From assembly GCF_009914755.1 (NCBI RefSeq), contig NC_060926.1: a stretch of 64,000 nt of DNA. The stretch is one strand, 5' to 3'. The DNA comes from the human T2T-CHM13v2.0 reference genome, Homo sapiens. How positions within the stretch are numbered: position 1 is the stretch's first letter; the number at the start of each line of letters is the position of its first letter. Under the pieces are notes generated by a model that was not told the DNA's origin, did no database searches, and saw nothing but the letters and a program-made list of their open reading frames with translations. The position numbers and the translations under genes were made by a program. This document shows, piece after piece, positions 41,100 to 63,900 of this stretch.

Positions 41100-43767
41100 C
41101 TGTAATTTAAGGAAAAAAAAAAAAGCCTGATAAACATTTGTCTTTGTTATTCTTTTATTGTAAAAATATCAAAACAAATTGCTTTTCCATTACGGAAAAT
41201 TACTTAACAGAAAAAAAAGATATATCAAAAGAGGTATATTTCAGCATTACCTTTGCCCCACTCCAAAAGAGCCATGCTTTGAAAACTGGACAACTCTTAT
41301 GCTACTACGTATCATCAGTAAACTAATCATGTTGTGCCTTTTTTCTTTTAATGATCAACCCCAATGAAATTTGCTATTGTCTTTATAAATTATGCTATTG
41401 AATTCATGCAGGCATAGCAATGAATAAATGTTTTTGACAACAAAGTGCATGAAGACTAATTTGTGATCTTTTAAATTATGATCCATGCACTTTAAAAATA
41501 ACAGTAACATTCCACTTATCCACTTATCTGTAGGTCAGACTTCTGGCAACCTCTACTTTCCAGAACATAGGGATTCCAAAGTAAGAAAAAAGGCTTCTGA
41601 GGAAGGCAGTTCCAAAGCCCATGTACTTAGAGGGACCCTTTCTTTCCCAGGAAATGGTGAATAAAATAGTGTATCAAGTTCATCAAGAAATGAGAGCTAA
41701 GAAATGAGAAAGAATAACCACAAGAAAGGCAAACAAGAACTATAAAGTCATTTAATGTAAAAGCAAACTATCTTGTAATAATTAAGAGCCTCTGAGGGCA
41801 ATATCATATTGAAACACAGTGCAATAATTGATACTTAAAATGCTGATTCTAAGTCATTAAGATATACTTAAATTATCCTTAGTTATTTTAAGAATGTAAG
41901 GAACAGTGTAACATATTTTAGAAACATTTTCATCCAAACTGTTAAAAATCTTTTAAAAGATAAATCGTTAAAAGGTAAGCTTCAGTTATATAAAAATTCA
42001 CTTATGTGGAATCCTTTAATGATGCCAGATAAGTAAGGTGTTACTGTGTTGTCTTCTAGGTAAGCCGAAAATAAACTAAAGAAAAAAGTGGTAAAGGTCA
42101 AAGAACAAGAACTTTCTTTGATGGAGGTTAACACAAATTCATATGCAATACAAAAAATATATATAAAATGAAAACTAGAAAATACAATTAACCTGAATGT
42201 AAAAACTGAAAATAAACATATAGACTAATGGCACCAAGAAATAAGAGGCCAGAGTGGAAATCAGGAAGATTACATAGCAATGTAGATCAAAGAAAAGAGG
42301 CAAGTGGTCAGTGATAAGCCCAAACATAGTGTGTGGCTCAGAGCAGCCAGGATATCACTGCACTCCAACCTGAACACTTGAAAAGCCTCCCATGTGCTCA
42401 AAAGGGTTTTTAGTATAATAGCCAATTAGCCATCTTAATTCCTCAATTCAGATTTCACGCTCACCAAGCAAACCTGAACATATTAATTTGTTTACCCAGA
42501 TAAATATTTTGCTGAAGGAGGATGACACCTGGCTACCATTGCACCAGGGTAAATTTGTGACAAAGGACATTGTAGAAGAATCAATGGTATTCTGGTTCAT
42601 AACTCAGCCTCTTTTAAGTTTGATCGGCATGACAGGTCTTCTAGGGCCTAATCATTCTTTATTGATCAACTCCCAAATTTTCATACCAGCAGACCCTGGA
42701 GAACAGATGACCATGCCAAGGTACAATGATGCCCAATGAAATCATTTCTTTCTTGAAACTACAGTGACTTGGTACATAGAGTGCATTCCATTAATGATTA
42801 CTATATTTACAGAAGGCAGCTTGCCTGTAGCAATGAAAAATATTCATCCTGTAAATGCATCACTTGCTCACTTTCTAAGCAGCCAAGTGGTATTGCTCAT
42901 TTGTATCTTGAGAACGGGCAAGAGTATTCATATCGGTACCATTTCAGATTTCTAGTCATGTTAGTCATCTGGTTTTAATTGCACTGAAAAATAATTAACA
43001 GGAGGAAAAGAAAATAGCAGTTCCCAAATGTCATTTTATGGTTATATAAGCCCCCCAAAAGCCCTTAAACAACAAAAATGTCTCTTCTCTAAAAGTACTT
43101 TGGGCCATCAAATTTTTAGAAAAATTAATTAAAAAGTCAAACGACAACTAAATCAATTGAAATGATCTAATCAGGAACTCCTCTAGTAAAATCTTAGAGG
43201 AAATATATTTAAAAAGCAAACAAAAAAGGCATGTGCTTCCCTCCTTGGATAAAGTTTGGTCTTAAACAAAAAAATAGGGCATTTGTAGAATGCTTGCTTG
43301 TTTTCCTGTCCCCTTTCAAAACAACTCCTATTCGGTGTCAAAGACAAGAAGTTCCAGACTGGCTAACAACAGGTAAAAAATGTTTTGGGATTCCATGCCT
43401 ATCTTTAAGGAAGAGTGCTTTAGACTAATAGGGGTTATTTTATCCCTTAAATCCCTAGACTCCCTTGTCCTCAGTTAATTTTTAGAGTTTTAGGATGAAA
43501 GTATTACATATTAACAATAATAAGTTTTTAAAAGTTTTAAGACAGAATATTGAGAGGATGAGCTAACCTTGTGTCACTGATTAAAATTTGTTATATCCTT
43601 CAATATATTCTAAACCAAATTCAGGAAAGTTTCAAAAGTATAGGTAATAAAGAGCATTATCATGCAAAAAGAAAAACAATAATGAAAAGGCAGGGAGGCA
43701 ATCTTGGAGATTAGGGTAAGCCAAAACCTTAAACACAGATTTTGGGTACATAAGAAATATAACTCAC

Positions 43768-43833
43768 TTTGAAGGTGTAGAAGGGCTGGTGATGCAGGAA
43801 TTCACCATTTGAGAGGCTTTCAATGGTCTAGAA
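43768..43833 (-). CDS. USP37: USP37 66-nt exon (SRPLKASQMVNSCITSPSTPSK), CDK site S628
   Basis: tgatag|T acceptor, AA|gtgagt donor. Including this exon places the catalytic Cys at 350 in a 979-aa protein. Confidence 0.92.
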
Positions 43834-43982
43834 CTATCAGAAAATTAGAAAATATATAATGTATACAAATGAATTATTAAAGATATATATTTAAATTATA
43901 AAATGAATTATTCTTACTATAATTCCTTTTATGTCCTCTTGAAAATTGAACAATTATAATACTTTTTAAATTACTAGCAATA

Positions 43983-44542
<560 letters not shown>

Positions 44543-44699
44543 TACTAGCAATAGAGGCCAAAAGAGAAAATAAAATACCATCTCTAGGCTCTCCTTGATC
44601 CAATAATCTACATAGACAGCACTGGAAATGAAGTCAAGTGTAATACATATGAAAAAAATAACTTGGAGAAAATTACCTTGTCTCAGTTCTTTTAAAGTA

Positions 44700-44890
44700 A
44701 TAGCTCTCATTTATGGAGGATTTACTGGATGTCAGACACTGTGCTAAGAACTCTACATATTATTACCTCATTTAATGTTCACAACCATCCTATTGTTTTT
44801 CTTATAGACAAGTCAAGGAATCTGTGCAAGGTCTAAAAGCTATCAAATTGTACAGTCAGATAGCTTGGCTTCAGGCCTGTGATCATACAC
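44700..44890. mobile_element. MIR fragment
   Basis: cagacactgtgctaag...tattacctcatttaatgttcacaacc. Confidence 0.6.
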
Positions 44891-45782
44891 TATTAGTGTG
44901 ACATAGTACTACTGCCAGCAAGAGTAATAGCTCTACCAGCAGAAGGTAGTATGCACCAAGCAAAAACGTGAAAAGCTGTGAGAGGAAAAAACCAGAAACA
45001 CTTAGACTCTCTGGGCACATGCCTTTATTAGTAGACCCTTGAGACACTAGTGTAAACTTCTATGAGACGTGGCTCTTTCAGACACTAACTGTATGACTTT
45101 AGGAAAATCATTTAATTTCCTTGGTCCTCTTAAGGGTTTGGACAAAAACCTCTAAAATGTCTTCCATCTTCAAAGTTCTACAATTTTATTATTCTACCAA
45201 ACTAGTGTTCAAGTATAGAAAAGAATGACATAACATATGGCTTCAAAGTAATGCAAGTATGTAGAAAAAAGGGGAACACTCAAAGAAGTCCGAAGGTTTT
45301 CCCAGCATACATGATGAAGCAAAAACCTAAAGTAAAGATTACTTCTTTTTTTCTTGAGAAATTTCAGGAGCCATTTAAGTTCTTTACACTGCTGATAATA
45401 TATGCATGAAGGCATAACATTGAGTATAGGGTTTCTCACATCTGCATGTCCTGAAGAGTCAACTGAAGCATTTGCTAAAAATATTGATTCCTAAGCACCT
45501 ATCTCAGACCTACTGAAACAGAACTTCCAGGGAAAAAACACAAAAATCAGTATTTTTAGTGTCTAGGTGACTCTTATTATCACCTAAGTTTGACTCATAT
45601 TCAAGAAGTATATCAAACTGTCTTCTAGCACTCTAACCAAGAGCACTTCCTAAAAAAGCACCTCACTATGAAAAGCAACTAATAACTTTGGAAAAATTTT
45701 AAGCATTTTCTTCAATTACTTCAGGCAGTGATTTAACACTAAAACAAAGTAAAGCAAAATTAAAATCTCCTTCTTGGTCTGA

Positions 45783-45785
<3 letters not shown>

Positions 45786-45819
<34 letters not shown>

Positions 45820-46071
45820 AGATAGGGTCTTGCTCTGATCACCATTCACTGCAGCCTTCATCTCCCAGGCTCCAGCAATCCTCCCACCTCAGCCTCGAGT
45901 AGCTGGCACTACAGGTGTGTGCCACCATGCTGGCTTTATTATTTTATTTTTTGTAGAGATGAGGTCATGCTCTGTTGCCATAGGTGGTTTCAAACTCCTA
46001 GGCTCAAGCGATTCTCCTGCCTCAGCCTCCCAAAGTGCTGGGATTACAGGCATGAGCCACTGCATCTGGCC
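45786..46071 (-). mobile_element. AluJ-like
   Basis: Alu consensus. Confidence 0.85.
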
Positions 46072-46187
46072 ATTGATCTGATTTTACCTTGGAGTCATAT
46101 TATGTAATTCAGTCATTCTTTTGATTAGATACTAAAGCCTTTCTATTTCAAAAGGGAATATAAAGACATAGTCTCTCAAGGACTTAC

Positions 46188-46352
46188 ATTGCCATATGTG
46201 CACTCCAACCAAGGGTAAAAGGTGGTTTTGTATTTTCAGTGCAATGAGATGACAGGGTCAGGTATCTTGGAATGATGACTTGCTGCCCAATCTTATTGTT
46301 AAGCGAGAGAGCCACATTGAAGCTATATCGTTTCAAATGGAGAATGAGGACC
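46188..46352 (-). CDS. USP37: USP37 exon (VLILHLKRYSFNVALSLNNKIGQQVIIPRYLTLSSHCTENTKPPFTLGWSAHMA)
   Basis: tttttcag|G acceptor, AT|gtaagt donor. USP motif LP.VLILHLKRY. Confidence 0.96.
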
Positions 46353-47526
46353 CTGAAAAACAGGAGATGACAACCTTACTAATTCATACATAATACATGT
46401 ATCTTTCTTACAGTAAAAGAGATCACTCTATGTTAGACGACTTTTGATTTAAAAAATCCATTTGGCCAAACCAAAGACACGTCAAAGAATATTTACTGAA
46501 TACCTGTTAGTGCCAGGCATTGGGCTAGGTAAAAAGCATACAAATAATGGTGGATTAGTGTGGTTTGGGTAAAATACTTATAATGTTCCTAGAAAAAACA
46601 CAAATAAATAAAATATAGCAGACAAGAATGTTAAATTTGGCACTGATATTGGGTTAAATCCTTAAATTATTTACTTCACTGTTACATAGTTTAAAAAGCA
46701 ATAGGTTTTATATAACCACTACTAGTAAAATAATGTCTATTAAAATGTTACATAGCTCTTATATTTGATGGTAAACATTAATTACTTCAAGATGATTTTT
46801 GATGAGAATTATTCTTTTATTTTCAGAAGTACTTTCTCTGTAGAAAGCTAAGGAGGAAATACAAAACTTTTCCCCATTTAGAAAAAAGCTTTACAAAAAT
46901 TTGCATGCCAAATCTGATCTGTGGGTCTGTAAAGGCTTTTAGCTCTTTAGAAGCACTGAATTCTTTGTGGTTAAAATTGTGGTAACCTTTTCACTTCTCA
47001 CACAGAACACGATCTCTGCTTGATGGATTAAATATATTTCTCAACCCACAAGAACACTTTAAAAATTGAATTTCAAACATCTTATGGGAATAAACTTCAG
47101 TTCTAGGCACACACACAAAAATGATCTATAAAAAACTGATTCTTACCATATATGCCTTCATCACAGAAGCCACAAACAAAAATTTGCAAACTGAAGTTAT
47201 AGATTGTAGTTCTCTTTAAAAAGCGTGCTAGAACTCAGGATCTTCAAATATACAATTTGAGAGAATACAAGGACACAACTGATATGAAACCAATGTCAAA
47301 ATTAAATATTTTAACTAGAATTTCAAATAACCTAACCAAAATAAAAGGTAATATGAGGCTACTCTGGACACACTGCCTATAGTGTAGCCCTGCTATGCAT
47401 GGAGCAGTAAAAGGTGGGGGGGAAGGTAATATAAAACAGGAAAATGATAGTCAAAATCACTGATCTTCAAAGATGAGGCCCAACTTTGTGAACAGATTTG
47501 ATAATGGCATCAGGCTCTTCAAGAAT

Positions 47527-47644
47527 AAGAGTGGCTTTGAATATTAAACTGAACAAAAGTAGAACAAGACTAATCATTAGGATTTAAAGAGTGGCTTTGA
47601 ATATTAAATTGAACAAAAGTAGAACAAAACTAATATTAGGATTT
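47527..47644. repeat. Two-copy ~60-bp tandem duplication
   Basis: aagagtggctttgaatattaaa(c/t)tgaacaaaagtagaacaa(g/a)actaat(c)attaggattt occurs twice. Confidence 0.93.
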
Positions 47645-48033
47645 GACAAACAGAAGCTTCTATCACATAAGTCTGGAATAAATTAACCTTTAACACAAGT
47701 GATCTACCAGGAAAAAAAAAAAAAAGAAAAAAAAGAAAGAAAAACAAGGAGAAAAATTCCCCTTAGCATTTTTTTCCCCCCACTTGAAAAACCAAATAGC
47801 AAGAGAATGGGAAAGAGAAAAGACATCCAGCATGTGAGGTCAAAACTAGTCTTTTTAACTGTACACATAATTTCCTTAGTGACAGCTGGTAACAACCAAT
47901 TCTTTGCCTTAAGATTCTTCCTCCCACCTTCCTGGCCTCAAACCACTCACAAACAGGAAAGAACAAATTCTCTTAATCCAAAAATATAAGTCTCTTAAGT
48001 CAATATAATAATACTGCTATGATTTATACACTT

Positions 48034-48843
<810 letters not shown>

Positions 48844-49439
48844 CTAGGTTCCAGAAATTCCACACTTACTGACAGAATATTGAAGCTAATAAAAGAAAGT
48901 AAAGCACTCTGTAGGCAAAGTGCTACATAAATACTTAATGTTAATAACAACCTTGGTGTTTGCGATCTATTCTTGGAAAGAACTAAAAGCTGTCCTGTAA
49001 CCACATAATAATTTTTTGTAACTACTTCAGTTTTATGTTTATACAGAGCAGATACAATATAAGTTAATTTCATTCCTATATCAGAAAATTTATCTTATGA
49101 TTACAGGAAATTTACTAATTTATAAGATCCTTAGAATGAAGGAATGCACAAACTGCAAAAAATTACTCCCTGTTTTATTCTTATATACATGTGTGTATGT
49201 GTCTATAGCAGGTTTTTACTGAAAGTATGGGATAACAGAAAAAGACTACAGCACAACACAGGGCAACAAAATATAACTGAATATTACACATTACTGAATT
49301 AAAAATTGACTAGCTAGTTCTTATAATTATTCCAAAGTCTCAGCAGCTGTATCCTCTGTTGCCATTTTCTTGGAACTCTCAAGACCCTTTTTCTCTTCAA
49401 TATTTCAAACGCTTTTCCTTCCTTCCTTTAAATATATAT

Positions 49440-49568
49440 TTCTTTCTTTTGTAGAGATGGGGTTTCCCTACGTTACCCAGGCTGGTCTTGAACTCCTGGA
49501 CTCAAGTGATCCTCCTACCTCAGCCTCCCAAAGTGCTAGGATTACAGGCGTGAGCTATCACACCTGGT
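49440..49568 (-). mobile_element. Alu monomer/FLAM
   Basis: Alu left-arm consensus. Confidence 0.8.
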
Positions 49569-49776
49569 CACCTTTCTTATGCAAAAGCATTCTAGCTCTC
49601 TGCCCTCTTACACTCTGCACATTTCAGCTTTCCTGACCCTCTTTACCAATCCATTCTGGTAACCTTCATTTATTCAGTAATATTTGTATGAACTTTAAAA
49701 AGAAAAATTGAAAAGCAATTAAATGTACCTGGGAATTCTTTAGTCCATAGCAAAAAAAAAAAAAAAAAAAAATTAC

Positions 49777-49856
49777 CTAGGAAGCCTGTTAAATTTGTGC
49801 CTGACAAGAGCACACTTCCCACCACACTTCTCACAAGAATACTCCAGTTCTTCGGC
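49777..49856 (-). CDS. USP37: USP37 exon (AEELEYSCEKCGGKCALVRHKFNRLPR), second CxxC of the fingers zinc ribbon
   Basis: ttttatag|GCC acceptor, AG|gtaatt donor. Confidence 0.95.
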
Positions 49857-50526
49857 CTATAAAAAGAAGGAAAAATAAAGCATGAAGGTGAATCAGCATT
49901 AGTATCTTAAATGCAAATAATTTGCTCTAGTCTTATTAGTTCCATTAGTGGAATGACAACTCTGAACCAGTTTTAAAAATTCTGTGTCTAGAGCCATGAG
50001 CCTTACCAAATTAAGACCCAATCCTCAAAATATACCTATAATATCATGCCCCATTTCAGAACTTCTAATTTCCTTTTTCACCAAGAATATATCTAAATTT
50101 ATGATAGTAACTAGACTCTAAAATAGAAGATTCTTAGCCTTTTCAGCCTTTTCCCCATGGACACATATGAACCACTACCAAGAGTATATCCAGATTTTAC
50201 CATATGGCCATAGCAGAGATAAGATCACCTTTAGGTTAGGTAGAATTTCTTGTCTGTTAGGTGTAACGCTACCCCTTTCGCATAATGGAACTCAATCTTC
50301 TCGTGACAGCCCACTAAGAACAACTGCTTTAAAAGGATGAAAAGTTGGGGTGAATACCATTACCTAGAGAACACTGAAACAAGAAATCCTTAAAAAATGG
50401 GGGTAAAAATACATAGGAAAATCTTCAAAGTCTATGATAATAACAAGAATAGTTTAAAAATGACTAAAAGAAAAGCAGAGTATTTATCTTTGGGTAGAGC
50501 TCAACGTTCACCATTTAATAAACAGA

Positions 50527-51836
<1,310 letters not shown>

Positions 51837-51979
51837 AACAAACTATTTCTAAGATTGTCTAAATGCTTGCTATTGAGTTAAATTTATAATCTATTTAAGC
51901 AATTACTTTTCTTTTTCAATGAGTTATAATTAGATTTATCAAGCTTTTAAAAATAATAATAATTTATAAAAACTTCTCA

Positions 51980-52327
<348 letters not shown>

Positions 52328-52419
52328 CTTTGCCTTGAAGAAACCAACTTCAAATATTCAAATACAACTATCAATGATATAAAATTTAGTTATGTGAAAA
52401 TACAAAAGATATTATTTAC

Positions 52420-52537
52420 CCTAAAGAAAAGATCAAGAGAATCTTGAATTGAACGAGGAGGGAGTGGTTTTTTCCTACGAGGAAGGTCAATAGAGAGGTC
52501 ATTAAACTGTTCTCTTTTGGGGATAATCTCTCCACAT
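52420..52537 (-). CDS. USP37: USP37 exon (CGEIIPKREQFNDLSIDLPRRKKPLPPRSIQDSLDLFFR)
   Basis: cttacag|A acceptor, AGG|gtaaat donor. USP motif E.F.DLSIDLP. Confidence 0.95.
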
Positions 52538-52720
52538 CTGTAAGAATAAAATGAGACATGTAAGCATTTAGACCAATACACAAGAAATACAAATATACCT
52601 GAGAAACTCTGTTCTTCCACAGAACTTATGGTACTGACACACTATCACCAGGCATAAGAACTATATACATTTAAGACTTTTTCATGCTTACTTTAACCCT
52701 TATTAAATTAATACAGATAA

Positions 52721-54470
<1,750 letters not shown>

Positions 54471-54769
54471 TCTACATGTTCTTTATGTGCATATGTGGAT
54501 ACTTCTATTAGGCAGCAGAATGATTTAGTTATCAAATATATTTTTTATAGAATTTTAAAACGTGAGCTCAGAGATTAAAACACCATATTCAATTTACCTA
54601 GAGGCAAATTTCTTTTAAATAGCTTTAGCTGACCGTTTTTCATTTTGTCTTATCAGTACTTTAGGTAATATTCATATTTCTACCCTAATTCCCTACTGTT
54701 ACAGCTAAAGACTGAAAAACATAAGAGTATATTTGTCTTTGATTCAACGAACATTTACTGAGTGCCTCT

Positions 54770-56830
<2,061 letters not shown>

Positions 56831-56840
56831 GAAATACAAA

Positions 56841-57132
56841 GCTGGGCACAGTGGCTTACGCCTGTAAACTCCAGCAATTTGGGAGGCCAAGGTGGGAGGG
56901 TTGCTTGAGGCCAGTTCAAGACTAGACTGGGCAACATAGTGAGAGCCCGTCTCTAGAAAAAATTTAAAAATTAGCTGGGTGTGGTGGCATGTGCTCGTAG
57001 TCCTGGCTACTCTAGATGCTGAGGTGGGAAGGATTGCTTAAGTTCAGGAGTTAGCAGGCTATAGTAAGCTATGACTGCACCACTGCACTCCAGCCTGGGT
57101 GACAGAGCAAGACTCTGTCTTAAAAAAAAAAA
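56841..57132 (+). mobile_element. AluJ-like
   Basis: Alu consensus. Confidence 0.85.
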
Positions 57133-57465
57133 ATTTTTTTTCCCTCATATTCAAGAATATATTATTAATACACTGAATTGCCTTATATTAATTAAAAAGC
57201 AGTCAGTTTAAACTGTAATGGTTTTTTTTAAAAAAAGTACATTTGCCAAGCTGGCCAAACAAACCTATAGCAAGATGGGGCAGAGGATAAACACACAAAA
57301 TTACAATCCAAAGGGTAATGTGTGTGGAATCTTCCTTCAGCCAGAAACTACTTTGTGTTAGAGAACTGTCCTAAATAAAATTACTAATGAAGCAACAGAA
57401 CCCTATCCCCACCCAGCTGGCACAACCTGCCCGGTCTAGCCACCTGGTGTGCCTATATCCCATGA

Positions 57466-57949
<484 letters not shown>

Positions 57950-58369
57950 TGACAGAGCTGGTGGACTGCCTGTGGTCATTTTCAACTGAGGCAATTTAAA
58001 TTTTCCTATAAAAAAAATTTGAATGGTACGCCCATAATTCAATGAAATAATAACTGAAAACTTTGCCTCTCACTTTGACTTGCACAAATTTTGTCTGGAA
58101 GGTGCATTAGAAGGAAGAGATAAATGGCTATTATATTATTAACTGCTGTTGGACTCTCCAGCTTTTATAAGCTGAACCATACTTGCAAGATCCGGATATT
58201 TTCTTTAGACAACCATTTATCCACCAGGGGGAAAAGACTGATGAAGTCCTGAATGAAAGCAAGCAGTGTCACAGACTACTGATGCAAAACTGTCTTTATT
58301 AAAATTCTGGTTAAAAATGCTAGAATGTTATAGCTGGAAAAGATGTCAGTGAACACTATCATTTTGAGC

Positions 58370-59200
58370 AGCCTGAGAAAAATAGATATGGAGGACAGAA
58401 AATTGGAGAACCAATATGGATTATGAATATTTCTGAAGAAAATTCCAGAATGGAAAAGAAGCAGTATTTAGAGAATAGTTTTCTGGAGCTGGAGAAAATC
58501 CCAAAGCTTCAGATGAAAAGGCTCTACCATATTAAGGCAAAAGTAACAAAAAGTGTTAATAACTAGATGTAAACTAGTGAAACTGTGAATTTCAAAAATA
58601 AAGAATACCACAGATTTTCAGGAAGAAAAAGAAAAAAATTCCCACAAAGTCAGGTTTCTTATGAGTGGCACAGAGTAACAGGATATGATAGGGCGGTATA
58701 CTTAATACACTGATGGGTAAAGACTATGTGTGAGTCAATAATTCTGCATTAAGTCATGTGTGAAAGTCATAGAAATAATTCTCTCTTATATAGAGACTGT
58801 GAAGAATTACATTTTATCTGAAAAAAATCTATTCAGAGATGTACTACAGATGACTGGAAGATTAGTCAAAGTAAAATATTTTAAAGTGATGTGCAGGCTA
58901 TAGAAGTCCTGATAAGTATGGAAATTAATTTAATGTAGAAAGTCTGGATAATTACTGTAAATACGGTTGAAAAACATTGCAAAAGGTAAAAATAATTCAA
59001 ATTCGGATCTATTTTGTAAAAGAAAATATTTTTAGTAAAAATAATTTGGGGTTCAACCAAAAAAGCAAGTAATAAGGTGTGTTTTTTTTTCAGTGACAAA
59101 GAAAAACAAGTATTCCCAAACAAATCGATATTCTACAATGGAAAAGATGTAGAATGAAAAAAATAAAACTATAGATTAAAATTAAGTGTTAGGCAATACT
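58370..59200 (+). mobile_element. Degraded HAL1/L1 ORF1-like sequence
   Basis: A-rich; atagatatggaggacaga...ttttctggagctggagaaa...cttcagatgaaaaggct resembles L1 ORF1 remnants. Confidence 0.45.
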
Positions 59201-59252
59201 AAAGTGTATAATAAAGTATTTAAATTTTCCTCAGTTCTCACTCTGCCACGCG

Positions 59253-59557
59253 TTTTTGTTTCGTTTTGTTTTTTGAGATAGGGTCTTGCTTTGTTGCCCA
59301 AGCTGGAGTGCAGTGGCGTCATCATGGCTTACTGCAGCCTCAACTTGCAGTGTTCAAGCAATCCTCCCACTTCAGCCTTCCAAGTAGCTGGGATTATAGG
59401 TGTGCATCACCACACCTGCCTAATTTTTATATATTTTGTAGAGATGGGGTTTCCCCGTGTTGCCCAGGCTGGTCTTGAACTCCTGGGCTCAAACCATCTG
59501 CCCACCTCATCCTCCCAAATTGTTGGGATTACAGGCATGAGCCACTGTGCCCAGCCC
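59253..59557 (-). mobile_element. AluJ-like
   Basis: Alu consensus. Confidence 0.85.
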
Positions 59558-59874
59558 AAGCATTTCTATAGAAAAAGACTCTGAAAAAAAGGTTTGATAT
59601 AATCTGTTGGTTTATATTTCCCCTATGACGTAGAAAGGAAGATGAGATAAAAATTCATTACTCGGGAGGCTGAGGTAGGAGGATCACTTGATCCCAGGAG
59701 ATCCAGGCTGCAATAAGCTGGGGTTGTGCCACTGCACCCAAGAGCCTAGGCAACTGTGTGAGACCCTGTCTTAAAAACAGAAAAGAATTCATGGCATTTG
59801 GTATGTCATAGAAGAATTTTAATCACTTGCCATAAAGAAGTAAAAAGGGAAATCATTTCTTAGACACTACTTAC

Positions 59875-60065
59875 GCTTTACAAATGATGGAGTGCTGAAC
59901 CTCAAACTCCAAATTAGTAATAACAGGGCAAGTGTATGCTCTGGTAGCTGAAATATCTGGTGAATTTTCTTCTCCAGAAACAGGTTCAGTCTTCCAAGTT
60001 TTATTTAATTTTTCCATATCTTCTTTCAGCTGGTCCAAACACTGACTTAAAAATTCATGAGCATC
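59875..60065 (-). CDS. USP37: USP37 exon (DAHEFLSQCLDQLKEDMEKLNKTWKTEPVSGEENSPDISATRAYTCPVITNLEFEVQHSIICKA)
   Basis: attag|GAT acceptor, GC|gtaagt donor. Q.DAHEF box. Confidence 0.96.
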
Positions 60066-60122
60066 CTAATAAGACAACAATATCCTTAATCAGATAAAAA
60101 CATTTCTTGTCACAATAGCTTA

Positions 60123-60450
<328 letters not shown>

Positions 60451-60745
60451 GCTTATTAACATTATAATTTATACAGTGAAAACCCTTGAAAGTCAATGAC
60501 ATATGTGAACAATGTCAGGTTTATTCTTATAAGAATTTGGGGAGCTGCATATTTTGTGAATAAAAACAAATGACAGATTATATATTCTTAATAATTATAT
60601 CAGTTGCACTGACATGAATCAATGAATAACTCCTCACTTTGTTAAAAGAGGTAATTTTCGCAGGTAACACAGCCCAGGTCCTTGCACTGGTAAATCAAAT
60701 CTATATATTAAAATATGGTACAATACACAGAAGAGTCACATTTAA

Positions 60746-61827
<1,082 letters not shown>

Positions 61828-61858
61828 TCTGAAACGTTTTAAAACAATTAATACTCAC

Positions 61859-61982
61859 ATTCTGCATATAACCAGAGAATCTCTCTGCTGTAGCTGAAAT
61901 GGCATTTTTAACCTTCTTGAGTAAATCCTTTTTGGTCTCTGAATTACAGATATCTTTTTTAACAAGCAAGTGTGCAAAGCGT
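61859..61982 (-). CDS. USP37: USP37 exon (RFAHLLVKKDICNSETKKDLLKKVKNAISATAERFSGYMQN)
   Basis: tttactag|A acceptor, AAT|gtgagt donor. F.GY.Q motif leading into DAHEF. Confidence 0.95.
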
Positions 61983-62150
61983 CTAGTAAAACAAAAAACA
62001 CAAAGTTAGCACGTTTTACATGACATGGCGTGATATTTTAAAGAATAATTACTAATAATGGCACAGAAAATTTTTGAGTGTCTAAAATTCCATTATTCTA
62101 TAATCAATGAAGTAAAAGGTTACTCAGTAAGTACAGTACATAATGATTAC

Positions 62151-62282
62151 CTGATAAGTGCATTGAGTGGAATTTTCTTCCATGGGATACCTTGTTTAAG
62201 CAAGTCATTTGCAAATGACTGGAGTGAAAATAGAGATTGTAGAATAGCATTCATATAGCAGGTATTTCCCAAATTGGAGAAG
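62151..62282 (-). CDS. USP37: USP37 Cys-box exon (GFSNLGNTCYMNAILQSLFSLQSFANDLLKQGIPWKKIPLNALIR); the gene continues upstream of the window
   Basis: attttcag|C acceptor, AG|gtaatc donor. Canonical NLGNTCYMN with catalytic C350. Confidence 0.97.
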
Positions 62283-62349
62283 CTGAAAATTAAAGAAATA
62301 GTGCTTTAGAAGGCAACAGGAATTCCTAAAGTATGTTCAGTATAGTAGG

Positions 62350-62550
62350 AGTTCTCCACTTTATGTTTCAGAATCACCTGGAGGGCTTGTTAAACTACAT
62401 ATTACTACACCCTAACCCCAAGGTTTCTGATTCAGTAGGTTTGGACACAAATGTGTCCAAAAAAAGAAGGCACAAAAATGTCCATTTCTAACAAGTTACT
62501 AGATCACGTTGATGCTGCTGGTCTGGGGACTCTACTTTGAGAACTACTGC
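62350..62550. mobile_element. MER5A DNA transposon
   Basis: cagaatcacctggagggcttgttaaa...tttctgattcagtaggt...gatgctgctggtctggggactctactttgagaactactg. Confidence 0.8.
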
Positions 62551-62570
62551 ATTATGACATTATAATAATA

Positions 62571-63900
<1,330 letters not shown>

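Noticed and set aside
42488-42978. Overlapping short + strand ORFs suggesting a pseudogene
   Set aside because: No recognisable protein similarity, poly(A) tail or TSD.
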